The notes under the pieces: generated by a model
Databases searched by the model: none
Told to the model about the DNA's origin: nothing
Seen by the model: only the letters and a program-made list of their open reading frames with translations
Made by a program: the position numbers and the translations under genes
Assembly (NCBI GenBank): GCA_964545365.1
Contig: CAZJFM010000005.1
Span: 12,462-72,089 of the forward strand
DNA from: an uncultured Candidatus Competibacteraceae bacterium
Lineage (GTDB): Bacteria; Bacteroidota; Bacteroidia; CAIKAF01
Direction: 5' to 3'
Length of the DNA stretch: 59,628 nt
Shown: one piece after another, positions 58,093 to 59,628 of the stretch
How the letters are laid out: every line of letters begins with the position of its first letter
Position numbering within the stretch: position 1 is the first letter of the stretch

Positions 58093-58217
58093 GTTGGGTA
58101 TCTCCTTCCGCTAACTGAACGCAATAATAGCTGCTGGTGTTCGGCGAGCTGCAGGTATTGGCGTTAAATCTTGTTAAGTAGCTTAATACAGGCCGAGTAA
58201 GAACAAAAGGATAATGG

Positions 58218-58247
58218 ATACATTTTATTCGAAAATATAAAATGTAT
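58218..58247. promoter_or_regulatory. Perfect 11-bp inverted repeat, candidate operator
   Basis: ATACATTTTAT-N8-ATAAAATGTAT between divergent bcp and the ABC permease. Confidence 0.45.
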
Positions 58248-58311
58248 GCCGGGAGCGTTAAATTGACTTAAGCGGTGAAGAGGGCTAGCACAAAAGATTG
58301 TACTTTTCCGC

Positions 58312-59541
58312 ATGCGTTGGTCGCTTTTATTTGAAAATATCAACATTGCCTGGCGGTCGCTGCGTAGTCAATTGCTGCGCACCATACTTACGATATGCAT
58401 CATTGGCTTCGGAATTTTTGCTTTGGTCGGTATTCTAACCAGTCTGGACGCCCTGAGTCAAAGCGTTTCCAGCACTCTTGGAGACTTGGGAGCCAACTCC
58501 TTTACCATACGTAACCGAACCAATTGGGGCTTCAATACCCAGCGCAAAAGATATCCGCCCATCCGCCTTTTTGAAGCCGAAGCATTTAAAGAGCAGTTTT
58601 CTTTTCCTGGGGCGGTGAGTATTTCCTCTCAAGTAACCAATACAGGAGTTGTTAAGTACCAAAACAAAAAAACCCACCCAAGAATTACCATTATTGGGGT
58701 GGACGAACAATACCTAGCGGCGTCAGGCCTTAACTTAATCTCCGGAAGAACTTTTAATCCAAGTGAAGCTCATGACGGAGCTCCTTTAACCATTATTGGC
58801 CAAGACATTTACCGCGAATTCTTCTCGGGTAAAGTGGCCGAAGATGAAACCATTTGGTTGGGGAAAATAAGGTTACGTATTGTAGGCGTTCTTGAACAAA
58901 AAGGCAGCGGCGGAGGCATTAGCAACGATCGCCAATTGCTTATTCCCCTCAATCTGGTTCGCCGCTTTATTGCAGGCGACAATACTTCGTATACCGTCAC
59001 CGTTAGTGTTACCGACCCTGGACTCATGTCTATTGCTTCTGGCGAAGCCGAAGGGCTGTTTCGAAAAGTCCGCAGAGACAAAGGCACCAACGAAAACTCC
59101 TTTGCCTTGGAACAAAGCACCGGCTTGTTAAGACAACTCGATGAAATAGGAGGCATTTTAAGGACCGGAGCATTTGGCATTGCCACCATAATTTTACTGG
59201 GTGCCTTGGTAGGACTGCTTAATATTATGCTGGTCTCGGTCACCGAGCGCACCCGTGAAATCGGTGTCCGTAAGTCTATGGGGGCTACCTCGCATTCTAT
59301 TGCTACCCAATTTCTTATTGAGGCGGTATTGATTTGCCAACTCGGTGGTCTTCTAGGCATTTTCCTAGGCATTACCCTTGGCAACCTCATTGCCATTTTT
59401 CTTGGTGGAACCTTCATTGTGCCTTGGAACTGGATAATGGTGGCTGTATTTGTTTGTGTCTTGGTTGGGGTCTCTTCTGGCCTATACCCGGCACTTAAAG
59501 CCTCGCGATTGAATCCGGTGGATGCGCTGAGGTATGAGTAA
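58312..59541 (+). CDS. MacB/YknZ-like ABC transporter permease
   Basis: LRTILT--IIGFG, GLLNIMLVSVTERTREIGVRKSMGA and PA-KASRLNPVDALRYE motifs. Confidence 0.95.
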   Translation: MRWSLLFENINIAWRSLRSQLLRTILTICIIGFGIFALVGILTSLDALSQSVSSTLGDLGANSFTIRNRTNWGFNTQRKRYPPIRLFEAEAFKEQFSFPGAVSISSQVTNTGVVKYQNKKTHPRITIIGVDEQYLAASGLNLISGRTFNPSEAHDGAPLTIIGQDIYREFFSGKVAEDETIWLGKIRLRIVGVLEQKGSGGGISNDRQLLIPLNLVRRFIAGDNTSYTVTVSVTDPGLMSIASGEAEGLFRKVRRDKGTNENSFALEQSTGLLRQLDEIGGILRTGAFGIATIILLGALVGLLNIMLVSVTERTREIGVRKSMGATSHSIATQFLIEAVLICQLGGLLGIFLGITLGNLIAIFLGGTFIVPWNWIMVAVFVCVLVGVSSGLYPALKASRLNPVDALRYE

Positions 59542-59542
59542 T

Positions 59543-59628
59543 GATGAAGTAAAGACGGAATGCCTTCCGTCTCTCGCGACGAAGTAAAGACGAAATGCCT
59601 TCCGTCTCTCGCGACGAAGTAAAGACGG
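59543..59628 (+). repeat. Tandem 35-bp palindromic repeat (REP-like), running off the window edge
   Basis: Unit GACGAAGTAAAGACGGAATGCCTTCCGTCTCTCGC at 59543-59577, 59578-59612 and partially at 59613-59628. Internal hairpin AGACGGAA-TGCC-TTCCGTCT; no spacers. Confidence 0.93.

Noticed and set aside
59543-59628. CRISPR array
   Set aside because: Units are directly adjacent with no unique spacers, and no cas genes are in the window.

Overview
A gene-dense 59.6 kb chromosomal segment from a Bacteroidota bacterium. A Flavobacteriales-like origin is inferred from TAnnTTTG promoter boxes, the L28 and PckA N-termini and the gene neighbourhoods. Most of the window is housekeeping or peptide-catabolism genes: maf, cdaA-folP, recQ, gpmA, pyrD, rpmB, fabH, pckA, dnaA, clpB, mpl, egtB-egtD, rho, recF, ribH and bcp. 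Three things stand out. (1) At least ten copies of an intergenic, roughly 125-180 bp long-hairpin element. The copies keep similar ends and a few loop motifs but have divergent stems, and the closest pair shows compensatory substitutions. (2) A largely translationally coupled 8-gene operon (19635 to 12876, minus strand): secreted protein, FAD oxidoreductase, methyltransferase, type III PKS, enoyl-ACP reductase, FabZ, FabF, ACP and an AcpS-like protein. It is bracketed by the two most similar element copies in inverted orientation. (3) A 35-bp tandem palindromic REP-like array at the right edge. No tRNA, rRNA, CRISPR array, transposase or DnaA-box cluster was seen. All calls were made by eye from motifs; no database searches were run.
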